Origin: Octopus sinensis | Lineage: Eukaryota | Reading direction: 5' to 3' | NCBI RefSeq assembly: GCF_006345805.1 | Contig: NC_042997.1 | Location: 8,556,001 to 8,620,000 of the forward strand | Length of the DNA stretch: 64,000 nt | In this document: in pieces, positions 51,297 to 64,000 of the stretch | Layout: every line of letters starts with the position of its first letter | Numbering within the stretch: the stretch's first letter is position 1 | The notes under the pieces: model-generated | What the model was told of the DNA's origin: nothing | Seen by the model: only the letters and a program-made list of their open reading frames with translations | Databases searched by the model: none | Translations under genes and position numbers: made by a program

Positions 51297-51626
51297 AGTC
51301 ATCTAAAAGTTTTTGTTCGTCATGATGCTGACATAAGTTCCTTGTCTTTCCTGATGAGAAGGCGGCATAATGCACCCTTTATTCCTTCGGAATTAGGAAT
51401 ATGCAGTCTTTGAAACATATGTCGAGAATAAAGGAATTTTGCTAAATCGTCGTTCGACTCCATTCTTTCATTTATTTATAGTAAAAATAACAAATTTCCA
51501 CACGAAAGCACGTGATCTCTGCCCTTGGCATGTAGCTTCAACCGTGTTTTCTGACGGGAATTTGCTACCCGGGTATCGGTTAACTGAATTATCCATACTA
51601 GGATAATTCATTCAACTACTTAAATA
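51297..51626 (+). mobile_element. Single-arm diverged member of the HHR element family
   Basis: (TA)n on both sides. Colinear motifs with copy 1: aatcgtcgttcgactccatt, gtagcttcaaccgt, tttgctacccgggtatcggttaa. Confidence 0.8.
51334..51439 (+). ncRNA. Type I hammerhead ribozyme motif
   Basis: CTGATGA 51351-51357; stem II 51358-51369/51400-51411; GAAA 51412-51415; palindromic ACATATGT; GUC with cleavage after 51423; stem I of 4 bp, a 3x3 loop and 9 bp. Confidence 0.9.
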
Positions 51627-52269
51627 TATATATATATATATCACTTTATTTCTCTGGTTCTGTTTTATTGGTCTCTTTTCTATTACCCTCAGGTTTCTAT
51701 TTTCCCCCACCTCTTCCTCTTTCATCACTCAATAGTTTGGAATCTAAAGAAATGAATGAATGAAGAAAATGCAACAAAGTGGGGACTCTTTTTACTCCTG
51801 CTGGAGGTATAACAACTTGTTTGAACCTGTTGGACATACAAATGGAGACAATGTAGAGTAGTGAGGACTCTTTGGTCTTCTCAGAAACAAGACAAACTTT
51901 CTAGTACTGTTTAGAAGTATTGTCAGAGGAGGACAGTAAATCTAAATCAAAACTGACTTAGTCCATAAGACTCATCCAACCCATGCCAGCACAAAAAGGG
52001 AGATGTTAAATTATGATGATGAGGAGGAGGAGGAGGAAAAGGAGAATATACATACATATCCACACTTATATACATGCATGCACACACATGCACATGCACA
52101 CACACACTGACACACACACACACATGCACACACACACACACATGCACACACACACACACACACACAAAGAGAAAGATAACCAAAAAAAACAAAAGAGGAT
52201 GCAAAAGGATACAAAGGAGGTGATTGAAAGAGGTGAGAAGCTGCATTGAAATCTACCCACCTAGTGTTT

Positions 52270-52790
52270 AACAGTATATTAAAGTTAGTGTAAAATTATA
52301 AAATATAATAATGAAATGATTGTATACAGTGCTCAAGTGCACCACAACTTGTCAAAAGTGCGTATAAAGTATATGCAGTAATGTACAAATGTCTGGAAAG
52401 CGAACAATGTGTGAGTCAGATACATGCTTGTGTGTGTATGGAGGGGAGGAAATCAGGTGTAGTGTTGGCGAATCTCAGAAAGCATGGAAGTTTTGAAGGA
52501 TGCAGTGCTCCGACAACTAACAACTGATACCGGCAGTTTGTTCCATGCTTCAGCAACTCTCAGCATGGAAAAATGTTTCCGAAAGTCATGGGAGCTGTGC
52601 TGTTTTCTGACTTTGTAAATATGTCCACGGGTGTTAGACAGGTGGTGTTTGAAAAGGTGCTCAGAGTTATTGTTTGTAAGATGGTTAATAATTTTATGGG
52701 TGTCTGCCAAGTCAGCTGCCAGACGTCGGAGTTTCAATGTACCCATGCCCAGGGAAGTAAGGCGTTCAGAATATGCATTTATATCTATAT
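52270..52790 (-). mobile_element. CR1-group LINE 3' end
   Basis: ORF 52453-52746 LKLRRLAADLADTHKII...TRGHIYKVRKQ...RKHFSMLRVAEAWNKLP, typical of the CR1 ORF2 C-terminus. Confidence 0.85.
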
Positions 52791-53610
52791 CTATATGTCC
52801 ATTTAGAGAATGCTTTCTACTTTTTTGATGTTTGAAAGTGTAAATTATTTGAAAGTCTGTAAACTATTTTGAAGTTTGGTTATTCTTATTCTTTAATAAC
52901 TTGTTTGAGTGGTATAAGATAATATAAAAAGTTTCTTATGAGAAGTGAAGAGGTAACATATATAGCCGTCTTTAGAGTAGAAGAGTTGCAAAGATATTAA
53001 TAGTAGAGTGTTATCGAGTGAGTGAACATTAAATTGATCCACTAATAAGGTTGTTTTATGGAATTACTTTTATAGCTTAAAAGGAAAGGCTTAAACAAGT
53101 TTTGCTTTGGATTAAGAGGTAGCTATTTCATTTTGATTAGTTGGCATTCCTATTACATTAAGAAACAAACGTATCTCCGACATAATTGAACATCCACACT
53201 AAGAAGGTTTTAATAGGCTTCTAGCTTGGTACCATCTTTGATAGTTATTACTCAAGAAATCTAGAGCTTTGATATTTAGCCACAAGACAAGCAAACACAC
53301 TTTACTTCATGAAATACACAGTGATTGCTTTCATCAACATTATAGGTGATTGCTTAATGGAACTTTTAGAAACTATCTCAATTCTTAACTGTACACATGT
53401 CCCTAATATAAATTTCTGATTTAGGCATGGAGCTAGCAATATTGTGGGAGAGGTTAAGTCAGTACCAACAACCCCTGTATTTGACTGATACTTTATTTTA
53501 CTGATTCCAAAAAGATGGAAGACAAAGTTGACCTTGGTAGGACTTGAACTCAGAACATAGAGGGCCAGGACAAATAGTGGAAAGCATCTTTTTCAACGCT
53601 TTAATAATTC

Positions 53611-53883
53611 TTATTTCTTTATTGCCCACAAGGGGCTAGACATAGAGGGAACAAACAAGGACAGACAAAGGGATTAAGTCAATTTCATCGACCCCAGTGC
53701 ATAACTAGTACTTAATTTATTGACCCCGAAAGGATGAAAGGCATAGGCAACCTTGGCGAAATTTGAACTCAGAACATGATGGCAGACAAAATACAGCTAA
53801 TCATTTCACCCGGCATCCTAACGTTTCTGCCAGCACGCCGCCTTTTCTCCAGCGTGCTAACGTTTCTGCCAGCTCGCCGCCTT
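53611..53883 (-). mobile_element. SINE family A with duplicated 5' end, nested in an older SINE A
   Basis: taacgtttctgccagc...cgccgcctttt occurs twice. TSD-like tttaataattc / tttaatgattc. Confidence 0.8.
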
Positions 53884-54700
53884 TTTAATGATTCTACCAA
53901 TCTACATTTCATATTTCCTACACACTGAAGAACAATAATTTTTAAAATTTATATGTAAAATCTTTTAGCAATACTATCATAATTGCATTGAATATAAAAT
54001 CCCATGACTGTGGTGTGTTAATGGAATGGGGACAGCAAAACCTCACTTAAAATCAGGTTTTTCTTTATATTATCTTATGAAATTAGAACCATCTTTAACA
54101 TGCTTATATATTTTCGTTGATGGTAATTTTGTTAGGAATACTTTAACGATAGAAATGGGACACAACCACAAAGGACAACAAGTGTTACTCTACTACATGC
54201 TTTAGTATAACAATGCTCTGTTATATTATCTTATAAAAAATATATATAAGTTAAGGATCTCATCGGTAGTAAAAGTTTCCTATACTGTAGCCAAAATATA
54301 AAAGTGCTAAAAATGTAAAATTATTCAGACACCCACAATGCATAATAAGATAGAAATATTTTTGGTAACAAATATAAATACTGAAATAATTATTAGAATT
54401 AACATTAGATAAACAAGGATCATAAACTAATCTTTTCTTATTAGTACTCTAAAACCACCCACAATAAACAAATAAGTAACACTGATATGATGATTACATC
54501 ATTGAATAAATCTGCTTCAACATATATATATACAAAAACTTAGCAATAAACTCTAATTAATACAAAATCTTATTTTGACAATGTTTGTCAATCACCAATT
54601 AAATTAATTAACATTAATAAGCTACTCATAAGCTATAGTCTAACTAATCAATTTAGACACATTTATACACACACATTAGACAGACAGACAGACAGACAGG

Positions 54701-54736
<36 letters not shown>

Positions 54737-56089
54737 TGAGCAGCCCCCACATTACAGCTACCTCAGGTTATGGGATTTTGTAAAGTATGACTACTAATTT
54801 CAGAAATGTAGTGTGTAATTTCAGTACTGGAAACTTGAATAAATATTAAGAACTTAAAATTTACATTTTCTTCTTAGCCTAAAGGTTGCTTCTCAACATT
54901 TTAGCTAAGATCAAAGTATAGGTAACAATTTGAGAAACTACTATCATGATACATAGTTAGGGAGGGGGCAGGTATGTGTGAGGGGAGAGGTGTGTGAGTG
55001 GTGGAGGGAGAGAGAGAGAGAACATGTGTTACTATAAGCACTTAAAGTGTGTGAGCTGGAGTTCTTTACTGTTATGCATATGTTTGTGTATTTTTCTTGG
55101 GTCACTATGAGCATCTATCTATCTATATGTCTGTCTGTTTATCTATTCATCTGTCTGTCTGTCTGTCAATATATCTAACTCTCTATCGACTTACCCCATA
55201 CATACCTACCTACATGTCTATCTATTTCAATCAACTTTCATGACCACCACTATCTCTTATAAATGCCAACACAATAGCCCAAACACCAAAATCAATGCAA
55301 CCACCACACTTACCCACCCGCCATTTCTTTAAAGACCAAACTACAACAGTAACAATAGTAAAAATAAGATAAGCAATTCCTTATAAAATAAAAGACAATC
55401 GCTTGAGAAAATGTGGTACCCTAGCATACTTTAAATGTTGAATGAAATGTCTTTGGTCTTTGGTCTTTGGTCAATAAGAATTGATTTGAGACTAAACAGG
55501 AACAACAATACAGTTAACAAAAAAATATGAACACCTCCACCAATGACAATATTACCTGCCATCACCACCACCACCACCACCAAAACCAATACATCTGACA
55601 CCACCACTACCACTACCAATCCACTAACTTTTGAGTAACCAACTGGCAGCAACAAATAATAGTATCTACTTGATAAGAGTTTACAATGAACTCAGTTTCT
55701 ACACTGAGTTGTGTAAAGAGATAATATGCCATAAAGATCAAACACTTTGGGACAAGTTCTTCGCTCCTTTAGTAAATGGGTATGATGATGAACTCTAAGA
55801 TAAAAGACATTGTCTTTCATCTTCCCAGTAACTCTCATTCCACCACCATCCCTCACACAGTAGTCAACAGGGTAAGAACTTACCCTATAAAATATTATAA
55901 TTCTTCTTAAGGCAGTTAGCATGCCAGGCAAAATATTTAGTGGCATTTCATTCATCTTTATGTTCTGAGCCAAGGTCATCTTTGCCTTTCATCCTTTCAC
56001 GGTCTATGAAATAAAAACCAGTTGAGCACTAGGGTTGATGTAATTAACTTACCCCTGAATTTGCTGGCCCTGCACCAAAAACCAATATT

Positions 56090-56326
56090 ACCTATTTCTT
56101 TACTACCCACAAGGGGCTAAACACAGAAGGGACAAACAAGGACAGACAAAGGGATTAAGTCGATTATATTGACCCCAGTGCGTAACTGGTACTTATTTAA
56201 TCAACAACAAAAGGATGAAAGGCAAAGTCGACCTTGGCGGAATTTGAACTCAGAACGTTACGGCAGACAAAATACCGCTAAGCTTTTCGCCCGGGCGTGC
56301 TAACGATTCAGCCAGCTAACTGCCTT
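56090..56326 (-). mobile_element. SINE family A
   Basis: 14-bp TSD caaaaaccaatatt at 56076-56089 and 56327-56340. Confidence 0.9.
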
Positions 56327-56418
56327 CAAAAACCAATATTGCTATTTTGTCTATGCCAGCATGGAAACAGGATGTTAAATGATGATGATGACAGCGGTGG
56401 TGGTGGTGATGTATATAT

Positions 56419-56519
<101 letters not shown>

Positions 56520-57634
56520 CATATGATCCAAAATAGCATGACAGCCAGTGAAAGATTTTAGTGAAAGGCCTTATGATTTATGCACAACTGAAGCAATAGA
56601 GATCCTTTTTTTGCTTAGGATTCAATCTTGAATGGAATTCTAAATGCTTTTCAACATGTAAAACATGCCAAAATGATGACATATTTCTTCTAGCTGGGTT
56701 TCAAAATGTATGAGTGTGTGTGGTATAGAAAGCTAAATCTATTGGTTGTCAAATCTACAAAAGATTTACTAGTAATAGAAATGTTAGCCATGCATTTATG
56801 CACTACATAATGAATTGAGCAATTTCAATCTAAAGAGCAATTATTCCTATAAACACAATTATAGATTGCCTTATACCCACAAATCAACTTTATTAATACT
56901 ATCATTGCTACTACTTGCTAATTTAGCTTCGTTCAAACATCTAGTATTTTGCATGAGGCTAAGAGTAGTGAAATAATTTAATCCAAGAGCACTCTAGTTA
57001 CAGACTTTATAATGTCTATGTTTTTAAGTAAATCAAATACACTGGTTATAGGTATTGCACTTCCATATTAAATGATGTGTTATACTAAATATTATTTGGC
57101 ATTTTGAATGTCGAATATTCATCCTAATTTTACATTCATATTTAATATAATACAGCTTATCTTTAAAACCAGAATGAATCACCATTTCATTGTGAAAAGC
57201 TGAGTAATTAAAAAGAAAAAAAATCAACTCATTAGCTGACAGCTAAGATAAATTCTATGAGATGTTTTTAACAAATATTTTTATGCTGTTTAGCTGGTTC
57301 AAAAAGTTATATAATTAATGTTCTTATCTGATTCTATATGGATAAAATAATCTTTGAAAAATATTCATGGTCACATTCATAAAATTTACTATGTATAGAT
57401 TAGTGTCTATTAGAATAGACAAACTATGACCTTTGAAGAAACCAATCAACTCCTTCCTGGATATAGCTATAGCTCAAAGCTGGGTATGCAATTGTTCATA
57501 ATCAATAAATTGATATCTCTATGCAAATTCCTTTTTATATAAGGAATTTCATCCTTAAACTGAAACATAGTACATAAGCTAAATATGGAAAGTGACATCA
57601 GCTGACATCATCACACTCTCACTCACATCAAAAT

Positions 57635-58140
57635 AAAATGTTCCTCCTCGAGCCATGCCAGGCTCATAAGGGCCAGTTTCCTGGTTTCAGTGGCATAGAA
57701 ATTCCCCACTTGGACAGGACACCAGTCCATTGCAGGATTACTCATTTTTGTCAGCTGAGTGGACTGGAACAATGTAAAATGAAGTGTTTTGCTCAAGAAC
57801 AGAACACATCACCCAGTCCAGGAATCGAAATCACAATCTTACAATCATGAGTTCAACACCCTAACCACAAAGCCACATGCCTCCACAAATGTTCCTTTTC
57901 GAGCTGTGCCAGGCTCATAAGGACCAGTGTCCTAGTTTCAGTGGCATATAAATTCCCCACCTGGATGGGACACCAGTCTGTTGCAGGACTACTCATTTTT
58001 TTGCCAGCTGAGTGGACTGGAGCAACATGAAAATGAAGTGTTTTGCTCAAGAACACAACACATTACCTGGTTCAGGAATCAAAACCACAGCCTTACGATC
58101 ATGAGTTCAACACCCTAACCACTAAGTTATGCACCTCCAC
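57635..58140 (-). mobile_element. Head-to-tail dimer of SINE family D
   Basis: Two ~250-bp monomers. TSD tcacatcaaaat at 57623-57634 and 58141-58152. Confidence 0.85.
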
Positions 58141-58555
58141 TCACATCAAAATGGTGTTTGTTAATTTTGTATTTGTATAGAATTATCACAATTTACTACA
58201 ACTTTCCAAGCATGGATATTTGTATCAACCTTGTAATTGTTAAATGCAGTAATGATTTTAACAAAAATTAACAGCCTTAAGTAATTGTAATAATGTGATG
58301 GATACATAATAATTATTTAATTAAATTAAGTAAATTTTATAAATCCCTTATTAAGGAGATCGTTAAACCAAGCTATCACTAAAAAGAAATTATTTCATTG
58401 GGCTAAAGGAGCTACTTTCTTGAGGTCCGATAATGTCCTATGTTTACTAAATTTATTAATATTTAATTTAGTAGGATTAATTGGTTTGATGTTTTATTGA
58501 AATCTAGGTTATGAACTTTCTGTGGGAAGTGAGAAGAAATAGGAGTGAGTAGTTC

Positions 58556-58752
58556 TTATTTCTTTATTGCCCACAAGGGGCTAAACATAGAGGGGACAAA
58601 TAAGGACAGACAAAGGGATTAAGTCGATTACATCGACCCCAGTGCATAACTGGTACTTAATTTATCTACCCCGAAAGGATGAAAGGCAAAGTCGACCTCG
58701 GCGGAATTTGAACGCAGAACGTAATGGCAGACGAAATACCGCTAAGCATTTC
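58556..58752 (-). mobile_element. SINE family A, 5'-truncated
   Basis: Near-identical to 1856-2094. Confidence 0.9.
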
Positions 58753-58996
58753 AACAACATGTTCGCTCTTTGAATAAAAATTTCTTATCATACTGACATG
58801 TTATTGCCAAATGGAAGGCTTACCATCTGGTCCCTATAATAAAAGAACCCATTTTCTGAATGAGAATATTTAATTTTCAGGTATGTTCTAATACTTGGAT
58901 TTCTGGTATTCTTCATCTTTAATTCAAGAATTTTCCTACATATCTGTGTGTGCATGTGTGTGAGAATGTGTATGCATACATACATACATACATACA

Positions 58997-59029
<33 letters not shown>

Positions 59030-59654
59030 GCATGCATACATACATAAATACATACATATGTACATGTGTGTGTGTGTGTGTGTGTCTATGAGAGAGAGCA
59101 AGAGAGAGAGTATGTCCTTTTTGTTATAATATCCACTTTTCCATGCTTGCATGGGTTAGATGGAATTCCTTGAGGCAGCTTCTTCTAGCAAGTTAAGCCA
59201 GTACAACTAGTAACCTCCATCACTATTCCTCAAGTAGAGAGTAACATTTTTGCCATCTCAGGGAGCTTAAATAATATAGGGAACTCTTGATTAGAAGAAA
59301 TTCTATTAAAACCACTAATAAAACTATATATTCATTCGTGGCATCCACAAGTTACAAACATGTAATTGTAATCCTTATGATGAGTATTAGCCACAGTCTC
59401 CAAGTAATATGGTGGGACAGCTAATGTAGCAGCCTTCTATTCCTTGCTGCTCCCTAGTCAACAGTAAGATGCTCCCATGTTTGAAGAAGCTGCCTCAAGA
59501 ATTCAATAAAAGTCTGATGCAAAGTCACTAGAAATGAAAGACTGTAGATTGGAGAAAGAAGACGTGATTTGGGCAAACTAGGGTCGTATGGTAAACAAGA
59601 AATAAGGTATGAAAGGTTGAAATAACTGAAGAGTGAACAACTACTTTATATAAA

Positions 59655-60055
59655 GGCGCAGGAGTGGCTGTCTGGTAAGTAGCTTGCTTACCAACCACAT
59701 GGCCCCGGGTTCAGTCCCACTGCGTGGCACCTTGGGCAAGTGTCTCCTGCTATAGCCTCGGGCCCACCAATGCCTTGTGAGTGGATTTGGTAGACGGAAA
59801 CTGAAAGAAGCCTGTCGTATATATGTATATATATATGTATGTGTGTGTGTATTTGTGTATCTGTGTTTGTCCCCCTAGCATTGCTTGACAACCGATGCTG
59901 GTGTGTTTATATCCCCATCACTTAGCGGTTCGGCAAAAGAGACCGATTGAATAAGTACTGGGCTTACAAAAAATAAGTCCTGGGGTCGAGTTGCTCGATT
60001 AAAAGGCGGTGCTCCAGCATGGCCACAGTCAAATGACTGAAACAAGTAAAAGAGT
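59655..60055 (+). mobile_element. SINE family B, full length
   Basis: ggcgcaggagtggctg head through ...gtcaaatgactgaaacaagtaaaagag tail. Confidence 0.9.
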
Positions 60056-60120
60056 AAAAAAAGAGTAAAGAGTAAAGGAAATAAAAGCAGCAGTTGGTGA
60101 GATGTAATGTTCCTCATATA

Positions 60121-61406
60121 TCAGGTCATCCCATAAGTTCTGTTCAAATTTTGAATATAGAAAACAATTGACCAAATGTTATATATAATTGAAATTTAAT
60201 CATCAATGTACTTTTCCTGATTATCTATGACTTTCTTCCATCTATTTACAAGCTTTTTAAATCCCATCAATGTTAAACTCTTTTAGTTTCAAAGCAAAGA
60301 ACTCTGACAAATCAGTTTCTACTTCCTCCTGGCTTGTGAAAGTTATGTCCCCCAAATGATTCTGTAAACTACGAAACAAATGGTAGTCTGAAGGAACAAG
60401 GTCAGGAGAATAAGGTGGATGAGGAATTTTTCCCAACCAAGCTCTTTGATCTTCTGGGATGTGATCTTTGCAGGGTGGGGTTGCGCATTGTCCTGATGAA
60501 ACATCACTCCTTTTCGATTCACTAAAGCAGGTATTTTTTTCTTCAAAGCTTGGTTCAAACACTCTAATTGTTGAGAGTAGACTTGAGCATTGATTGTTGC
60601 ATTAGGTGGTAACAATTCAAAGTGAATTACTCCTTTTCAATCCCACCAGATAGAGAGAACCTTTTTCCCATGAAGTTCCCTTCTCAGTTGTGGTTGAACT
60701 TTCTTTCCTTTTACCAAGCCACTGTTTACAACATTTAACATTTCAATAGAAGATCCATTTTTCGTCACCAGTCACAAGTCTATCCAAAAAGGGTGAAATG
60801 AGTTCACGAGAATGGAGAGAAGAGCAGATGTCAACTCGGGATTTGCAGTTACTTTCGGACAATTCATGAAGCACCCATTCTCCAAGTTTAGGAAACTTTC
60901 CAAGTTGTTGAAGATGAGGATGAACAGTTGTATGGTTTGAACTAAGCTTTATTGCCTATTCTTCAACTGATAATGCAGGATTTTCTTCAAGTAATGCCTC
61001 AAGGATCTTACCATCAAACTCAACTGGATGTCCTGTTCGATCTTCATCTTGAAGGCTGAAATCTCCACTTCTGAATTTTGGAAACCATCTTCTGCAAGTT
61101 CTTTCATTCAGGCTTTCTTTCTCATAAACTGAGTGTACATTTCAAGTCATTTTGGCTGCAGAGTTTCCTTTTTTGTACTCATAAAGCATTATGTGCCTCA
61201 AATGCTCTTTGGATACTTCCATGTTAGAAAGGGTTTTAATCATAGAAATTTTAATTCTATTATTCTGTAAAATAATACTTAATTAGTTTAAATGTACACA
61301 AATGTATAAAAATAATTTTTACTTCCATTACACATTCTAAAATACTATTAAACTTCATTCAACTTTAAAAAAGGTAAAATCAGGCAGAGCTTATGGGATA
61401 ACCTGA
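60121..61406 (-). mobile_element. Full-length decayed mariner transposon
   Basis: TIRs tcaggtcatcccataagttctg / cagagcttatgggataacctga. Fragments FHQDNAQPH and HPPYSPDLVPSDYHLFRSLQN (DD34D-type motifs). Confidence 0.95.
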
Positions 61407-61759
61407 CACAGCAATAAATGAAGTCAGATTAGCTTTCAAAAATGCAAATAAGACATATAATACAGGAAAATACACAGAAATCTAGTTACACAGATGAAAA
61501 GGTAAATGAGCTCTTGAACAATTTTAATGCCAAAGTGGAACGAAATATTCATAAATCAAGGAAAATCATAGGGAAGTTTTGTAATGAGTGACAAACATAA
61601 TTTGATTGAATTTGTAAAAGGCAGGAACTTTAAAAATTATGTACAGATTCTTTAAAAAAATCATTCAACATGAAAATAAGCAGAGAAATGTCCAGAAAGG
61701 GAAGTAAAAAATATTAAATTAATTTATATTGACAATAAGTCAATATAAATATTATAGGT

Positions 61760-61932
61760 ACAGGTATGACTGTGTGGTAAGTAGCTTGCTTACCAACCCC
61801 ATGATTTTGGGTTCAGACCCACAGCATCGCACCTTGGGCAAGTGTTTTCTACTATAACTTTGGGCCAACCAAATCTTTGTGAGTGGATTTGTAAGATGGA
61901 AACCGAAAGAAGCCCATCGTGTGTGCACGTGT

Positions 61933-62015
<83 letters not shown>

Positions 62016-62212
62016 TGTGTGCCTGTCTTTGTACCCCCACTATCGCTTGACAACCGATGCTGGTGTGTTTACTTGCCAGTAACTTAGCAGTTCAGAAAGA
62101 TATCGATAGAATAAATACTAGGCTTGCAAAGAATGAGTCCTGTGGGCAGTTTGTTCAACTAAAGGCAGGGCTCCAGCATGGCCACAGTCAAATGACTGAA
62201 ACAAGTAAAAGA
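61760..62212 (+). mobile_element. SINE family B with long internal (TG)n
   Basis: Colinear with 59655-60055. Confidence 0.85.
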
Positions 62213-62929
62213 CTAAGTAAGCTATAGTGAAATACTGTTTGTACACAGAGCAACCATTGTCTGGTAAGTACAACTATTAGGCTTAATATGAGGTTTGAAA
62301 GAGCTAAGTTAGTTATAGAAAGGAAATCACAAGTAAATGTAAATGGTCTCCAGATGAATTTCAAATAGGAACATAAAATCAAATAGGAATATAAGATAGC
62401 TTTGGAGTGTTAAATGATGAACTGGAAGACAAAGATAGATCCATTGAATGGAAAGGAGGCTCACATTAGCTGACATTGTCTCAGGATATCAGGGAGAAAT
62501 ATACTCACAAAGACACCTCAGAAAACACTCAAGTGAATGAAGAGAGGAGGAAAGGGAAAAACGATAGTGATATCCAGGAGGTGAAATATCCAGAAAACCA
62601 GGATGAAAGAGGAAATATGAAAATTTGATGAACTGTTTTTAATGAATTTTAATGAACACAAAATTTAATGAATTTTAAATGATACAGACAAATAAAAGTT
62701 AAAGAAATTATGTATTAGGGAAGCTGCAAAGTAATACTCCAAGCTCTGGTGGTGAGCAAATCGAAAATGATAAGAAGGGATTATGCATAGCATAGAAGAA
62801 ATGTATCAGGTGTTATGCTGAAGCAAGAAACAATGAAGGGCCTTAGAAATTAATGCAGTTCATAAAGATGAAATAGCAATAAAGATGAAATATCAAGTAA
62901 TGAAATTAAGATGAAATTAAGATATGAAA

Positions 62930-63600
62930 ATTAGAAAGGCACAAGGTGAAGATTAAGTGTTCAATAATTTTGTCGAAGAAGGAGGGGACTTTGTTTGTTG
63001 GCAACTAGCAGATTTCTTCACAGAATGCATCAAATCAATTGAAATTCCAAGTGTGCTGGAACAATGCCAACATCATACTTTTATGCAAGTAAGGTGACAT
63101 TACAGATCTTTGAAACTAGAAACCTATCAGCTCCTAACTTATATAAATTATATGCCAAAGTGCTCACAAATCACATCAATATTGCCTTTGGCATCCATCA
63201 ACCAAGGGAACAAGTAGGGTTCAGAAATGGGTTTACAACAAATGACCACATACAGGTCATGAACCAAGTTATTCGGAAATATAGAGAACATAAACAACTA
63301 TTGTGTGTAGGCTTTATTGATTATGAGAAAGCTTTCAATAAACTTGAAAGTCAGCTGCGCTTGTAGCTTTTATTGATCAGGAAATGCATCAAACATACTT
63401 GCAGATTATTAAGAAAACCTGTAGCCTAGAAATATCATCTAAGACTTCACACTGAAATCAAGAAGATCAGTATTAAAAAGGGAGTAAGACAAGTGGATAT
63501 AACAGCACCCAAACACTTTAAGACTGTGCTGAAAAGCATTTTTAAAATGTTTAATTGGAATGGAAAGATTAATTGGAACATAAATAGTGAATCTTTAAGA
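62930..63600 (+). pseudogene. RTE-clade LINE reverse-transcriptase remnant
   Basis: QPREQVGFRNGFTTNDHIQVMNQVIRKYREH...FIDYEKAF, followed by GVRQVD (GVRQGD). Confidence 0.85.
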
Positions 63601-64000
63601 TGTCATGCTTTGCATGCACTTTGCATAATCCTTGTATAAGTCAGACATTTCTTCAGGAAAATAGGATAAGCTGTGGCTGTGTCTAGTCAACTTGTGATAC
63701 TTGTAATACTTCAATTGTAAAGGCCAAATGTAGGAGTTCAATTTAACACCATAATAAAAAGCACTAACAAAATTACAAACATATTTTTTTAACTGGCAAA
63801 AAATAAAAGAATATACCAGAAATAAGGTGGAATGAGTGATATGACATTCTGCCCAATGAGAAACTAAAAAGGAATCTATACTTGGGAGTGCAAATTATAT
63901 TCAAAAGGATTTATTGTAACTTGTGTTACAACCCAAGCATCAAAGTTTTCTGTAGATTCTAAATTCAATAACACAGGATAGCTTTGTCTGAGGAGACATA

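Overview
This 64 kb window is AT-rich, microsatellite-dense eukaryotic non-coding DNA (intronic or intergenic). The repeat complement looks cephalopod/octopus-like; that is an inference from recalled repeat types, not a database search. I found no intact protein-coding gene, tRNA, rRNA or CRISPR array, and most ORF-track entries are translated microsatellites. The window is a mosaic of tRNA-derived SINEs (several with clean target-site duplications, TSDs), RTE and CR1/L2-type LINE fragments, five decayed Tc1/mariner copies (two forming an almost identical tandem pair) and a MITE. The most notable signal is a family of short non-coding elements embedded in (TA)n tracts that carry complete type I hammerhead ribozyme (HHR) folds. 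Two are fold-back copies (14291-15319 and 36697-37213) with two oppositely oriented HHRs each and a one-sided 151-bp structured tail. A diverged single-arm relative lies at 51297-51626, and its HHR helices and terminal hairpin covary with the other two. An unrelated minimal HHR lies at 16858-16892, with a CpG-decayed sibling near 14.1 kb. This architecture fits non-autonomous Penelope-like elements or retrozymes (inference). Coordinates of old SINE/LINE fragments are approximate; TSD, TIR and HHR coordinates were counted by hand.
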